This document shows, one piece after another, positions 36,520 to 49,676 of a stretch of 64,000 nt of DNA. Position numbers and translations under genes: made by a program. The notes beneath the pieces were generated by a model. It searched no databases and was not told the DNA's origin. It worked only from the letters and a program-made list of their open reading frames with translations. Origin of the DNA: Octopus sinensis (lineage: Eukaryota); the NCBI RefSeq assembly GCF_006345805.1, contig NC_042999.1, forward strand, positions 24,552,001 through 24,616,000, written 5' to 3'. Each line of letters begins with the position of its first letter. Position 1 is the stretch's first letter.

Positions 36520-37925
36520 TACAAAGATTGGCTGAAATTTTCATTGGCTGATCAGAATACTCTTGTGGAATGTGACAAAATAAGGTTTATTTTTTAATAT
36601 AGTCCCCTTTGTGGTCCACACAATTTCTCCAGCGATGTTGTTGTACTTGGATCCCATTAGTGAAGAAAATTTCATTCTGTTGGTCAAAAATGTCATCAAC
36701 AGCAGATATGGCATCATCATCATTGTGATACTGGTTCCTAGCCAAATGGTTTTTAATGTTGGAATAGATGGTAATCAGATGGGGCCAAATCAGGAGAATA
36801 GTAAGGATTAACAGGTTCAAAACACAGTCATGCACGACAACCACTGAAACCAAAGACTTGTGTGCTGGAGCATTGTCCTAATGAAACAAGACCCCTTTCA
36901 GCAGTTTCCCTGAGCATTTGGTCTTGCTAGTCTTTCATAACCGCCTCAGTAAGTTAGCATTGATGGTGTGGCTCTTTTGAAAATAGTCAATAAATACAAG
37001 GATTTTGCATCCCTGCAGATGAAATGACATTGGCCTTCTTTAGAGCAGGTCAGGAGGGGTGTTTCCACTGCATGGATTGTCTCTGTCTCTGTCTCAAAGT
37101 GATGGACCCAACACTCATCCTGGGTTAAAAAAACATTCAAAGAAAACAGCTGGACCTGCCTCAAATAATGTCAGATTTTGCTGTGATGTGGTCCGCCTGG
37201 TGTACTTTCAATCAGGTGTCAGAAGACATGGCACCCACCAAGCAGAAACCTTCATCGTATCAAGTTCATTGCGCAGAATATTCTCTAGTCTCACAAGGAA
37301 TATGCTAATAATATTGGCTATTTGATTTATAATCAATCACCTGTAAAGATGATCAATGTTTTCCTCAATGGTGGCAGTTGCAGGACATCCAGACCTTGGG
37401 TCATCTTCCAGACTCTCCTTTTCCCTCCTTCAAGCTGCCTACTTTTGCACTCTCTTTACTCTTTTACTTGTTTCAGTCATTTGACTGCAGCCGTGCTGGA
37501 GCACCGAGGCTATAGTAGAAGATACTTGCCCAAGGTGCCACGCAGTGGGACTGAACCTGGAACCATGTGGCTGGTAAACAAGCTACCTACCACACAGCCA
37601 CTCCTGCACCTATTGATAGACACTGTTGATAATGCTGGAGTGTCATCCCCTAATGTAGCAACCATGTCAGTATAAATGTCTTTGGGAGCTTAACCCTGTT
37701 TCCGCAGGTACTTCATAAGACCACAATGCCAAATTTTATCCATTTTCAAGAGAATTCACTACAAATTACTTTTGAAGTCTTCTTTGAACAGTCAGGTGTC
37801 AGTTTACTTGGAAAGAAACAATAGTTATTGATAAAAAAAAAAGTTGAAATTAATGCATGCAAGATTCTACAGCTCTAGCATCACTCCTTCATTGTAAGCC
37901 TATGAACTTTCCAACCCACTTTCAC
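36520..37925 (-). mobile_element. mariner DNA transposon relic, interrupted by a SINE at about 37458..37610
   Basis: N-terminus MDKIWH..., DE.WVHHFE motif (36946..37164), C-terminus QHRWRNCVDHKGDYIKK (36587..36853); degenerate TIR-like ends. Confidence 0.8.
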
Positions 37926-37947
37926 ACAATTGTTTATTAATAGCATA

Positions 37948-38345
37948 TCTATATATATAAAAGTGAAGTTGTGTGTCTGCCTCCTACGATTTAGATTCCT
38001 AACTACTCCCACATTTTGCGGTGCAGTGTAACCAAAACCGGGTATCTTATAGTCGTGATTCATATCGAGCCCTTCTGGGTATTAGCGTGAGTCTACGATG
38101 AGTCTACGATTTAAAAAAAATTTACCATCATTTTTTCCCATTTTTAATGCATTTTTTTGCTATTATATAAGGGAAGTAACTCTCTAAAAATGTATTATTA
38201 AATCTCACAACGTAAAAAGCTACAGTAACACCCCCCCCCCTTTGTGGTTAGCCATATTGAGATGGCTATTATACTTTACATCTCTAAAAATGCTTATATA
38301 GTTATTTCCCTTATAAACCCGAGCAACGCCGGGCGATACTGATAG
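37948..38345 (+). mobile_element. Non-autonomous Helitron
   Basis: 5' TCTATATATATAAA after A; 3' hairpin cccg-agcaacgc-cggg then ..gatag before T (a variant of CTAG). Confidence 0.7.
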
Positions 38346-38756
38346 TTGTGAATGAATTATCAATTTTGCAGTTCACATCTGCTGTCAGTACTCGGTAATG
38401 TCTAGTAGTTTATTATGACTTGTACACATAACTACTTTGACTCCTATTGTAAATAAGTTTATGGTTTTAGTGTAAAAGTATATGAATAAATACAAAGATT
38501 GGATTAAATTATTTTTAAATGATCTTATAGTAATTCTAATGTTTGGTATTGCTAGCCTTTCTTATGGTAGATGTATAACTTGATTCATGTAATTTTGCTG
38601 AATGGACACAATTTCCTACTTCATTCAGTAATGGTGTTTGTTTTCTAGGGAGGGTCATAATTTAATGGAAATATTTGTAAATGAAATTTCCTGCATGTAA
38701 AAAAGCTAATTAGATTCCATTCATTAATTTCTTTCCCTTCTTATTTTTCCAAAAAG

Positions 38757-38892
38757 CTAAAAAGAAAAAACCAACCCCTCTTCCGAAGGCTGGTCCTTGG
38801 GTTGTAAAACTTCATGCAGCAGACAATGGTTTTCAATTACAGAATCCTGGTGGTGGAGCTAATGTAATTGACTGTATGCAGCATATCAGAAA
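38757..38892 (+). CDS. LRR gene coding exon 7 (KKKKPTPLPKAGPWVVKLHAADNGF...CMQHIR)
   Basis: Pyrimidine tract with AAG acceptor, gtaaga donor, phase 1/2, frame-consistent with both neighbours. Confidence 0.8.
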
Positions 38893-39496
38893 GTAAGAAT
38901 AATGTTGTAAACAGAGAGTCAGTAGAATATTTTATCAGTTACATTATTTAATTGTTTGGAGTTCAGAGTTTTATTTAACACATTGTCTTTACTAGTAAAA
39001 TAAGTGCCACTTGAAAAAGGTCAATATTATCTTATTTAATTTGTTTCTTTAATCTAACCTGTGTACTTATATAATAAACCCATATGGAAAAGAAATAACT
39101 TCTATGCAAATGATGAACTATTTTGACTTCTTTTAAGTAACAAGTGTAAAAAACACCTGGTCATGAAACTTAACAAAAAATGATGGAATTGTAGATGTGC
39201 TTCAATGAAAGATGCTTTACTGTACTGTCCAGATTATGTGAGCATGGAAATAGATAGAAAACCATTTATGGTAATGATAATGGTTATGAGGATGAATTTT
39301 ATATGTACGGAATTTATGTGGGCTAATAACATAAGAGCATCTCCATATTTTCAGAGAAAATAAAAGTCATCAACATATTATGAACTTTAATGGTGAACTT
39401 CTCAAGGATAGCTTTGGTGCTTTCATATCAATTAAGAACCCAAAATTTTAGTCAACATGCTTCAAACAGGTTAATAACATGGGAAGCATAAAATTG

Positions 39497-39810
39497 CCGG
39501 TGGCACGTTAAAAGCACCATCCGATCGTGGCCGTTGCCAGCCTCACCTGGCCTCCGTAACGGTGGCACGTAAAAAACACCATCCAATTGTGGCCGTTTGC
39601 CAGCCTCGTCTGGCACCTGTACTGGTGGCATGTAAAAAGCACCCACTACACTCACGGAGTGGTTGGCGTTAGGAAGGGCATCCAGCCGTAGAAACATTGC
39701 CAAATCAGACTGGGCCTGGTGCAGCCTTCTGGCTTCCCAGACCCCAGTTGAACTGTCCAACCCATGCTAGCATGGAAAGCGGATGCTAAACGATGATGAT
39801 GATGATGATG
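39497..39810 (+). mobile_element. RTE LINE 3'UTR fragment
   Basis: ggcacgtaaaaagcacc repeats and terminal catgctagcatggaaagcgga..(GAT)n. Confidence 0.85.
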
Positions 39811-40023
39811 AAAACTGCATGAATATTATTGAAGGCTAAAACTGGATGGCATATTGTTTATGATACACAAATTTGGAGTAACTGACATATATATGGAAAC
39901 TACAAGTATTTATATTATTGAATCAAGTAATCTTTACTGCTTTTATAATACTTCATTCCCCAAATATAATGTAATGTAGTTCATGTTTAGACTTTTACAG
40001 CTTTAAATTCAAGAAGGAAATTG

Positions 40024-40439
40024 AGATCTTTTCGGTTTGAACAGCAGTTTTTTCTAGCGGTGTCATATGAAATTGTCACCCATAATTATAACCCTAGTAT
40101 CGATCTATTGCATTTCAATCTGTTTTAGGGTTAGGGTTAGGGGTGGGAGAAGGGTATCTTTGTTTCTTCACAAATGTAAATAAACCTAATCTGTTTCTTA
40201 AACAAGGGACATATTCATATGGCACAGAATGTTATTTACCTCAATGGACGTCAGTGATTGGTTGAAATTGCAGAAATTGAAGAAAAAAAACAACAAATAT
40301 GTTACAAACTATAGAATTTTCTCAATAAAGCCAAGAGAAAAAGATGTTTTATAAACACATTCTACCAGTATACGAAGTTTAAAATTTTTTAGTTACCTAG
40401 AAATCATGTTAAAAACTGCCGTTCAAACCGAAAAGATCT
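40024..40439. mobile_element. MITE with TIR gatcttttcggtttgaac(a/g)gcagttttt and internal (TTAGGG)3; related copies at about 4808..5237 and 312..545
   Basis: Terminal inverted repeats at both ends and three related copies in the window. Confidence 0.75.
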
Positions 40440-40847
40440 GGAAATTGTGTTCTTGACAACAGAAATAAATAATTACCATAAACAGTAGTAATCTCACCTA
40501 CTTGTATATAACCTTTAAATATCTTATAATCTTTAATAAGCTGTTAAAACCACTGAAATCTTTGCCCTGATGTGATGTGTTGAAGAACACTAAAACTGGA
40601 AGATTCCATATATTTCCTGACTGTTGGCTATAGCTAAGAATCATAAATACGAGTATATGAAAGAAATAGTTCAAATGAGATTTAAACTTGTCACAGATTT
40701 TACTAAAATAGGCTATGGAAATATTTTTTCCGTTCCAGATTAATTTGAAAAAGAAAACCCAAAAAACTTCTGTTTAAAAAACATTCTGTATGATGCCAAG
40801 CTAGATCAGAGATGATATTAAATAACTTATAAAATTCTCATTTTCAG

Positions 40848-40954
40848 GTTGATAGTCTTTTCGGAATACTTACGAGAACTAAATCTCTATGGTAATCACA
40901 TTGGGAATCTTGGAAGTCAGATGTTGTTGGAATCCCTTCAAGCAAGACAAAAGG
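40848..40954 (+). CDS. LRR gene coding exon 8 (LIVFSEYLRELNLYGNHIGNLGSQMLLESLQARQK)
   Basis: ttttcag acceptor, gtagtt donor, phase 2/1, LRELNLYGNHIG LRR. Confidence 0.9.
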
Positions 40955-41232
40955 GTAGTTGTTTATTAAATACTGAAATATTTTCAATTTATCACTCTCT
41001 TTTCCTTGAAATTATTTTTTAAACTATTTAAAAAATATCGTTTTTATAAATGAAGGTATGATTTTTTTTCATATTTTTAAAACAAAAGAGAAAGAAATGT
41101 AAATTTAAGAAAATAAATGTATAAAGATATTTTATGCCTTTCACTTTACTTAAAAAAAACCCTAATAAAATGAATTGAATTCTAGTAAGAAGATTCTTTT
41201 CCTTGCTATGGAAATGAAATGAACTTCTAAGA

Positions 41233-41266
<34 letters not shown>

Positions 41267-41921
41267 TGTGTTAACAAAGCTACCAGTAGTTCTGTGTGAA
41301 AGGAATATCCACATTTCTCCAAGCAGTCCACTTAAAAATGCTGATAATTCCCTAATCATTGGTAGCTCTGTTAATCCACAAATAAAGAATATTTATCCAT
41401 CAAATACAGTACTGAGCACTCATTCTTACTGTTTGATACAATCATATATGTATACATATATATGTGTGTGTGCATGTGTGTATGTATGTACATATTAAAG
41501 TATGCAGTATCCTACCAATCACACAGGACATTACCAGCCAACTCTGATGAGTGCAGTTATTAGTTTACCTAACATCATGTGTGAAACCAATTGGTAAGAT
41601 AGGCTGTTGTACTCTTGATATTTTGTATGGATTTTGAGATTATTCTGAAAATCAATTACTTTATCATCACTCTTCTTCCCTCCCTACCACACACAGAATA
41701 ATGCTTTGCATTCATAAAATTTCAATCTAATGAAATATAATCTATTAGAATATAAAGACAAAATACGCAGCCAAAAGTTACCTAACCAACCAATACTTTA
41801 TGTTTGTAGTGGTAGGTACTATAGTTAGGCTGATGGATCTAGCACAAGTCAATATAGAAATAGCATATATTAAAATAATTATGATAATGACAAATTAAAC
41901 ATTTTCAAAAATTTTTTCTAG

Positions 41922-42055
41922 CAAAACTGCCTCCCCTAAAGATGCGCTCTTCATATAGAATACGCCTGCCAAATATATACATGCCTTTACTGAAACTGAG
42001 CACAGGAAATCCAAACTTAAGGAAAAGGAAAAAATTAAAATCCAAAAAGAAATAG
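41922..42055 (+). CDS. LRR gene terminal coding exon 9 (KLPPLKMRSS...RKRKKLKSKKK-stop)
   Basis: ttttttctag acceptor, phase 1, TAG at 42053-55. The nine exons sum to 1182 nt, i.e. 393 aa plus stop. Confidence 0.8.
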
Positions 42056-42599
42056 GTAATGTGATTTTTCAAAATTGATCTTTCATTATTTTCATATTCT
42101 TTTAGGGTCATTTTTGCACATACATAACCTTTATTTCAGAGTTTGCAGTCCAATAACTTTTGCTGATTTATCCATATATAATGCTACCTTTAGAGAATTC
42201 ATGAAGGTTAACGATTGTTTAGATTGGAGTGGAGGGTAATTTTTTCTATATCCACTTCATCATTGTCAAACCAATACAGTTGACATGTACCACTAGTCTC
42301 CTCTGCTGTTAATCTCACAAAAAAATTTATTTATCATCATCATCGTTTAACATCTGCCTTTATATACATATTTGACAGTTTGACTTTACTGTGATTCATG
42401 TTTGTTGGAATTTTTTATCAAAACATATTTAGTAAAGTCTTTGCTTGGATAGAATATGGCTTCCTCTATAAATCTCAAACTTTCTGCCTATTTTGTCATG
42501 TTATAAAGATTGAACTCAGAATATATTGCTGCTAAAGCATTCCTAAATAATGTTCTTTTCATCAGAGCTGAAACAGCTTTCTGTAATCTAAACTTTTAG

Positions 42600-42953
42600 G
42601 CTTTCAGCGCCGCCTCGACTGGCTTCTGTGCCGGTGGCACATAAAAAGCACCATCCGAACGTGGCCGATGCCAGCGCCGCCTTGGCTGGCTTCCGTGCCG
42701 GTGGCACGTTAAAAGCACCAACCGATCGTAGCCGATGCCAGACTCCCATGGCACCTGTACCGGTGGCACGTAAAAAGCACCCACTATACTCGCGGAGTGG
42801 TTGGCGTTAGGAAGGGCATCTAGCTGTAGAAACACTGCCAGATCAGACTGGAGCCTGGTGCAGCCTTCTGGCTTCCCAAACCCTGGTCGAACCATCCAAC
42901 CCGTGCTAGCGCGGAAAACGGACGTTAAACGATGATGATGATGATGATGATGA
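42600..42953 (+). mobile_element. RTE LINE 3'UTR fragment
   Basis: Same 3'UTR repeats and (GAT)n tail. Confidence 0.85.
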
Positions 42954-43139
42954 TTAGGAAAAGGAAATTTTAGCATAAAGAAAAAGTGAGACAGCTTATT
43001 GAGGACACAGACAAAATTAAAAGAGCTAAATTAACAAATCTTATGAAACAGTGTACAATTTGCATGGATCATATAATAGTTACTGTCGTAGAATTTATTT
43101 TTGTTAAAGTCAAAATTTTTCTTTCCTTCAAATTTCATA

Positions 43140-43310
43140 TATATATTAAAGCCACTAATTTGGCCAGCCATGTAAGGGGCTTGAAGACCAACTCCACGCC
43201 ACATAGAATTAAGTGGAGAATCATAGAAAATTTCATACCATATATTAATGAATCTAAAAAAATGCAAGTTATGCATAGATGAAAAGTCACACATACTTTT
43301 TAGATCTAAG
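43140..43310 (+). mobile_element. Penelope-like GIY-YIG C-terminal remnant
   Basis: TNLASHVRGLK...IKWRII...Y...KKCKLCIDEK across a frameshift. Confidence 0.6.
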
Positions 43311-43601
43311 AATTCCACCACACTGCTGAATTCCAGATCAGAAATTGTCAGCAGATGTGAACATATGGACATGTTTCTTTTGGTGAGCTGGAGATCACCA
43401 CCCTCTCCAGATTGAGGAGACTTTAGATCCCTTCCATTAATTCTACATCAATTAGCTTTATGGCTTTACAGTCTAAAGGAACATAACTCTAAGTCTTTTT
43501 TTTTCTCCTTTCTTTCAGCCTTCCACTTTATGTATCCACCTTCCTCTCATTTTTTCTCATGATTTGTCTTATTCTATTGTCCTGATTGGTAACTGGTATA
43601 G

Positions 43602-43862
43602 TAGGGTGGAGTGAAAATTAAAAAAATTGTGGAAATTGAAAATGCCTGAGAGCTAAAATGTTTCTATATTTGATTACTAGAAAAATGCTAAATTTTCGCT
43701 GAGATCAATCAAGGGCATTTACTTCCTCAAGCCTCCTAAACTCTGAAAATGGGGGATTTTTGTAAATTTTTTACAATAACAGAGTTTGTGGGGTTTGAGG
43801 GAGTAAATGCCCTTGACTGATCTAAGCAAATTTCCACAATTTTTTATTTTCACTCCACCCTA
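43602..43862. mobile_element. Fold-back MITE copy 1 (TIR tagggtggagtgaaaat)
   Basis: Long inverted termini. Confidence 0.7.
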
Positions 43863-43903
43863 ACACACATGTATGTGTGAGCAGGTATATAGATTGTGTA
43901 ATC

Positions 43904-44215
43904 TAGGGTGAAGTGAAAATAAAAAATTGTGGAAACTGAAAATGCCTGTAGCCTAAAATCTTGCCATATATTATGACTAGGAAAATGCTAAATTTTTGCT
44001 TAGATCAAGAGCATTTACTTCCTCAAACCCTGCAAACACCGCTAGTGTAAAAAATTTACTAAAATCTCCCATTTTCTGAGTTTAGGGGGCTTGTGGGAGG
44101 AAATCTCCTTGATTGATCTCAGTTAAAATTTAGCATTTTTCTAGTAATCAAATAGCAATATTTTAGCCCTCAGGTATTTTCAATTTCCACAATTTTTTAT
44201 TTTCATTCCACCCTA
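43904..44215. mobile_element. Fold-back MITE copy 2, inverted relative to copy 1
   Basis: Same TIR; its central asymmetric segment is the reverse complement of that in copy 1. Confidence 0.7.
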
Positions 44216-44772
44216 CTTTGTAGAACATATACTCAGAGCATGAGGATTGCTTGGAGACACTAGGCATGTTATTAAAACCTGCCTAGAAAACATCTCCAAA
44301 GTATGAAACTATTAGTAGCTCGTAATTATATGCTGTGTACATTAAACAATACTCATCTCTCATTAGATGGAGTACTTTTTTTGTTAATATTAACTTAATG
44401 GAAAAGTAAACTATATATTGATACATATATATTTTTTTGTTTTTTGTTTTAGAAAAATCTGGATGACCACAGAGGAGCAAACTTCCATAATATAATGTGC
44501 ACAGACATACAAACACACACACACACACACTTGTACCCACATGTGCACATTCACACACACACACATAGAGTATGGAGATATGTAAATTAAAGTACATTGT
44601 ATGATTGTTATTTCTAGTCTTATTTGTAAGTAAATATTCATTGCCTTTGTAGAATAGCACTTGGCACGCTAAACCTTAAATTTCGTAAATATACGTTAAT
44701 TTCATTAATTAGTTTAAAATGTGTAGGAATCATTGAGCCGAAATACTCTTTGCTGACGAACTTTCATGAAAA

Positions 44773-44806
<34 letters not shown>

Positions 44807-45391
44807 ATATTCTAACTATTTGTTTTCATTCACTGAAATAATGTCATCATGGAAATAAATAGAAATTTTTAGATATGCCTAAGTAATGATCTGCAAATTT
44901 CAGTTGCAGTGGTACTTTTAACTACTGATGAATCCACTTCACTAGAAATCTGATAATAATTGATCATCTGCTTTATATATTTGATGATCTTGAAAGTCTT
45001 CCATTTTGATTTCTGTTTTATTCTTAAAATATTTTGAAACTTACCTCATGACTGTAATTAGTTTTGGTGTTTTTAGATGTCTAAAATGGCTCAACACAGT
45101 CTCAAATGAAGTCACATGCCAGACAAGTACAACTTCAAAAGTATTATTTATTTTTGCGAAACCTTAAAATAAGTATAAACTTAATAAATAACCCTATTAT
45201 GCAATTCCAAGATTTCGTATATGAAATGTAGGAATTTGTATATGATAATTTTATTTATTTTTAATATCTTTGTTACAGTTGAAAGAAAAAAAGAAAAAAG
45301 ATCAATGTCCAGTAAATTAATTTTTAATGAAACGAATCTAACTTGTAAAAACATGTTTAAATAAAAGTACTTCAAACTTTATAGAAACATT

Positions 45392-45517
45392 TTACCCAAG
45401 CTCTCCAAACCTTTGGGTAAAGTCTTTAAACTGTTTGAGATCATTTTCACTAACAGTTTTAGTATGCGTCTGCGTGGACTTGATGAAATCTTCAAGTGTA
45501 ACTTGATGTGGAATAAC
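45392..45517 (-). CDS. VPS4: VPS4-like ATPase terminal exon (VIPHQVTLEDFIKSTQTHTKTVSENDLKQFKDFTQRFGELG-stop)
   Basis: gttttag acceptor, 126 bp to TAA. Matches the Vps4 C-terminal helix pattern (TV..DL..F..FG.EG). Confidence 0.88.
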   Translation of the reverse strand, partial: VIPHQVTLEDFIKSTQTHTKTVSENDLKQFKDFTQRFGELG

Positions 45518-46212
45518 CTAAAACAGAGTAGTAAATCTATATTAGTAGTAATAATAATAATAATAATAATTGACTTACTGATCTATTTTTCAAATTTCAC
45601 ATACTGATTAGCTAAAACTAGTTAGTAACAATAAACTAATTTAAATTAACTTATTTATGATTTAATATCTAATATTCAAAATTTTTGTTTTCCACTAAAC
45701 TCATACTTAAATTTTTAGATATAAATTTTCATTGAAATTAGTAAATATGCAGATAATTATTCATTAGATTTTGAGACATTCTGAAATTTGATACTGAAAG
45801 TTGAAATTAATATATTTAATGTATTCAATAAAAACAACATTGTTGAATTATTTGTTTTTTTATATTTGTACCAAATTTAAGAGTAAGTACTGGGGGTCAA
45901 CTAAACCTTTCAAGGCAGAGTCCTAGAATGGCTACAATCTAATGACAGAAACAAATAAAAGAATATGTATACAATTGTGTGTATGTGTTTACAGTGAAGC
46001 TCATATTCAGCAGCACTACTTTCATTATGGTAAATCTGGCTCTAGAAAAAAGTTCTATGATGCCTTTGGTGCACTAATCACATGTTTATTTTACTTAAAT
46101 GGTAAATCCACCCCTGGAACTGGATTACTGACAACCTAACAATTATTTGGTATGAAACTAAAGAGAAATTAAAGAAACAAAATGTGGAAATGAAACATTA
46201 AGAAAAACTTAC

Positions 46213-46289
46213 ACTTGCTGCAGGTAAATCTTTCAGATCAGTGCGAATAGCTTGAGGATGGTAAGATTCACAGGGAAGGTATTTTCCAT
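46213..46289 (-). CDS. VPS4: VPS4-like ATPase exon, beta-domain-like (GKYLPCESYHPQAIRTDLKDLPAAS)
   Basis: tgcag acceptor, gtaagt donor, phase 1/0. Aligns by eye with the VPS4 beta domain ([20 protein letters not shown]). Confidence 0.8.
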
Positions 46290-47001
46290 CTGCATTAGGT
46301 AAGAAAGTATATATGTTTTTATATAACATTAAAAAATTTAAAACAGTACTAAATATGAAGATAATTTAAATCAGTTTTGTGAGAAAATTATTCCATCTTT
46401 CACTTTTAGAACTGTTCAATTTACCTATGGATTATAATTAAAGAGATAAAAGTTCTACCAACCTTCTAAGTAACAAACCAAACAAATATTTGAATTTCAA
46501 GAGCTTAATTTTGGTTTTGTGAAAGAGAAATAAATTGCCTTTATTTTCTTGGAGGCAACCATCCTAGAAAATCTAGAATTAATTACCAACAAGATCTTTC
46601 CCATTTAAGTCAAGCAATTGGTATATATAAAACTGAAAATGTGTATCTGTGTGTGTGTGTGTGTATGTGCATCACTAAAACTCAAGAACTACCCAATCAA
46701 TTTCATTCAAACATTTACTGTTTTTACAATCCAGCCATCCTTTTACATGGAATTTCGTCTATATTTAAACCATGACCATGAAGTGACTTTCTATATAAGG
46801 GAACTGTTATTATGTATGTATATCAGAAAAGACATAAATAAGTCAAAACAAGTTGTTAACCTTTTGTTTTTTTTAATAATTGTTTGTTATATAATATTAT
46901 ATTCATAGTATATCATGTAATATTATAATATAAATAAATTATTGGATTGTCAATAGTATCTCTCTATTTATTTATCTTATATATATATATATGTTTATGT
47001 T

Positions 47002-47051
<50 letters not shown>

Positions 47052-47233
47052 TATGTATATATATATATGTATATAATTATATATGAAACAAACAAGTTTG
47101 TTTTTGAAGCGTTGAAATGTATATGACATCTAACATTTCTGGATGACTTTATAAGTTCTAAAATTGTAGAAGAATTTGCCGGTCGGCAGTTTAGAGTTAT
47201 TATTACTTCTGTGTGTGTGTATATATATATATA

Positions 47234-47385
47234 CATACATATATCGTCGTCGTTTAAACGTCCGTTCTCCATGCTAGCATGGGTTGGACGGTTCGACCGG
47301 GGTTCTGGGAAGCCAGAAGGCTGCACCAGGCTCCAGTCTAATCTGGCAATGTTTCTACAGCTGGATGCCCTTCCTAACGCCAACC
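47234..47385 (-). mobile_element. RTE LINE 3' terminal fragment
   Basis: tttaaacgtccgttctccatgctagcatgggttgg...ccttcctaacgccaacca matches the RTE terminus. Confidence 0.8.
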
Positions 47386-47462
47386 AATATATATACATGT
47401 ATATATATTATGTATATATATATACATGTATATATATATACAAGTGTATATATATGTATGTA

Positions 47463-49576
47463 TGATTGATTGATTGATTGATTCTAGTTTCAGCTTATGA
47501 GCTGTGGCCATGCTGGGGCACTGCCATTTGGTGTTGCTACTTGGTTTCACTTCATGGAGGCTTTCTAGCAACTGCTATTTGGTGCATGAGAGAGTTCGAT
47601 GCAGCTGCCCTCATCTGCCCCTCCTGCCGTGAAGTTGGTTCATCTGGGACACCTGACAGGAAGAGATCCAGCTTCATTTTAAAGACATCTGTATCCACCC
47701 CATGCAGGTCTCTCAGGTTCTTCGGGAGGATATTGAAGAGCTGTGGGCCTCGGAAGCCCAGGCTATCACAGTATCTTGTCCTACATCTTGATGGCAGGTT
47801 TGGAGTCCTAGGCACCACGCAGTGGCGCCCAGTTCTGGCATTTGCGTAACTCTCGATGCCAAAGTTCAGGACACTTCCCTCCAGGATCTTCCAGATGTAT
47901 ATTATGGCATATCTTTCCGCCTACGCTCCAGGGAATATAATTTTAATCTCTTGAGTCTTTCCCAGTAGCTTACATTCTGCATAGAGGCTATCTTCTTTGT
48001 GTAGCTTCGTTGGATCGCCTCAAGTTCTGTGATCAACTTGACACTGGATGGTGACCATAGCTGAGAGCAATAGTCAAAGTGGCTTAGGACAAGTGTCTTC
48101 CAGAGGACCATCATGGTTTCTGTTCTCTTGTTCTAAAGGTTCTAAGAATCCATCCAGCCAGCCGTCTACATTTCATTGTCAGTTTAGCAACATGTACATG
48201 AAAGGTCGCGTCATCACTCATGTGAATACCCAGGTCACGCACTGATTGTGCCTCTGGGATTGCAATCCCTCCGGGTCCAGTGTATTCATTGGGTGGTATG
48301 CATTCAGTTTTGCATGCTGATAGTATAAAGCTTGAAACTTTCCAGCATTGAACTGCATGCTATTCTTTTCAGCCCACTTGTATATTTCGTCCAGCTCATA
48401 TTGCAGGTGTTTTTAGTGTCCTCAGGGTTCTGTATGCCTGTGAAACTTTTGTATCATCTGCATAACTTGTGATCGTGGCTCTCTGCGTGGCTGAGGGCAT
48501 GTCTGAGAGGGCTATTATGAACAGTAGTGGTCCCAGAACAGTGCCCTGCGGAACACGCTCACTATTTGTGTGTTAATGGAGGTGGCCCCATTGGCTACTA
48601 CCACCTGACTTCTATCCTTCAGAAAGTCATGAAGCCATTCTCTCCCAGTTTCCAACTATGTTGAGATCACGCAGTTGTGACATATCATTCCATGATCGAC
48701 TTTATCAAAGGCCTTTGCAAAGTCGAGATATATCACTTCCACATTTGAGTGGTTGAGCAGCCGTTTCAGCACCCAGTCATAGTGTTGTAGGAGCTGAGTT
48801 AACAAGTTCTCCCTGGTCGGAAACCATGTTGGGTGTCGGGCAGCAAGTCATTCTCTTCAAGGAAGGTGATCAGCTTCCTTCTGACTATTCGTTCCATGAC
48901 CTTGCTGATGTGTGAGGTCAGAGAGATAGGTCTATAGTTCTTGGCTTCCGCTCTGCTACCTCCTTTATGAATGGGGCATATTTACCTTCCTTCAGTTTTC
49001 CTGGAAGTTTGCCAGCTGCAAGGAAGCCTGAAAGAGGAACTGCAGTGGTCTTGCTAGGACTCTCTTACATGCTTTTAGGAGGATTGCCGGGAATCCATCG
49101 GGGCCAGTAGCTGAGTCTGTTTTCATTTCATCTATAGCCTTGGTTACATCGTCTTCCTTTATATCGATGTAATCTATCGTCGCCGCCTCTGATTTGATTT
49201 TATATCTGCAGTGGTAAAAAAGTCAGTTGGATTGGTGATTTGGAGATGCCCAAGGGGTGGAGTGAAAACACTCTTGAATTGCTCATTCAGTATTTCACTT
49301 ACCTCATTGGTTTTCCTGTAAGTGTGCCATCCTTTTCGAGGAGTGGCCCTATTCTACAGTGCACTGTAGCTGTTTCTTTGGCATACCTGTAGAAAGCTCT
49401 GGGGTTAGATTTTATTTTCTATAGCCCAGGCTTCTTGTCTGCTCTTTCTTTTTCATGGGAGAGTTGCAGACATTTTTCGATTTCCAACAGTTTATTTTTA
49501 GGCGGGACTTTTCACTGCTTTCAATCTGTTTGTTTAGGCGATTTGAAAATTTCATACGCCGTCTCATTAAAATTTT
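47463..49576 (-). mobile_element. CR1/Jockey-group LINE of the same family, degenerate, running into the N-gap
   Basis: Reverse-complement match to 9853..10765 plus upstream RT motifs (DFAKAFDKVD, VPQGTVLGP, YADD) and an (AATC)n tail at about 47465. Confidence 0.88.
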
Positions 49577-49676
49577 NNNNNNNNNNNNNNNNNNNNNNNN
49601 NNNNNNNNNNNNNNNNNNNNNNNNNNNNNNNNNNNNNNNNNNNNNNNNNNNNNNNNNNNNNNNNNNNNNNNNNNNN
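49577..49676. other. Assembly gap (about 100 N, true size probably unknown)
   Basis: Run of N. Confidence 0.95.

Noticed and set aside
44870-45135. Possible extra minus-strand exons (VVLVWHVTSF... with gtaagt donor; EVDSSVVKSTT...)
   Set aside because: They lie downstream of the ATPase stop, have no recognisable homology and no frame link to a known exon.
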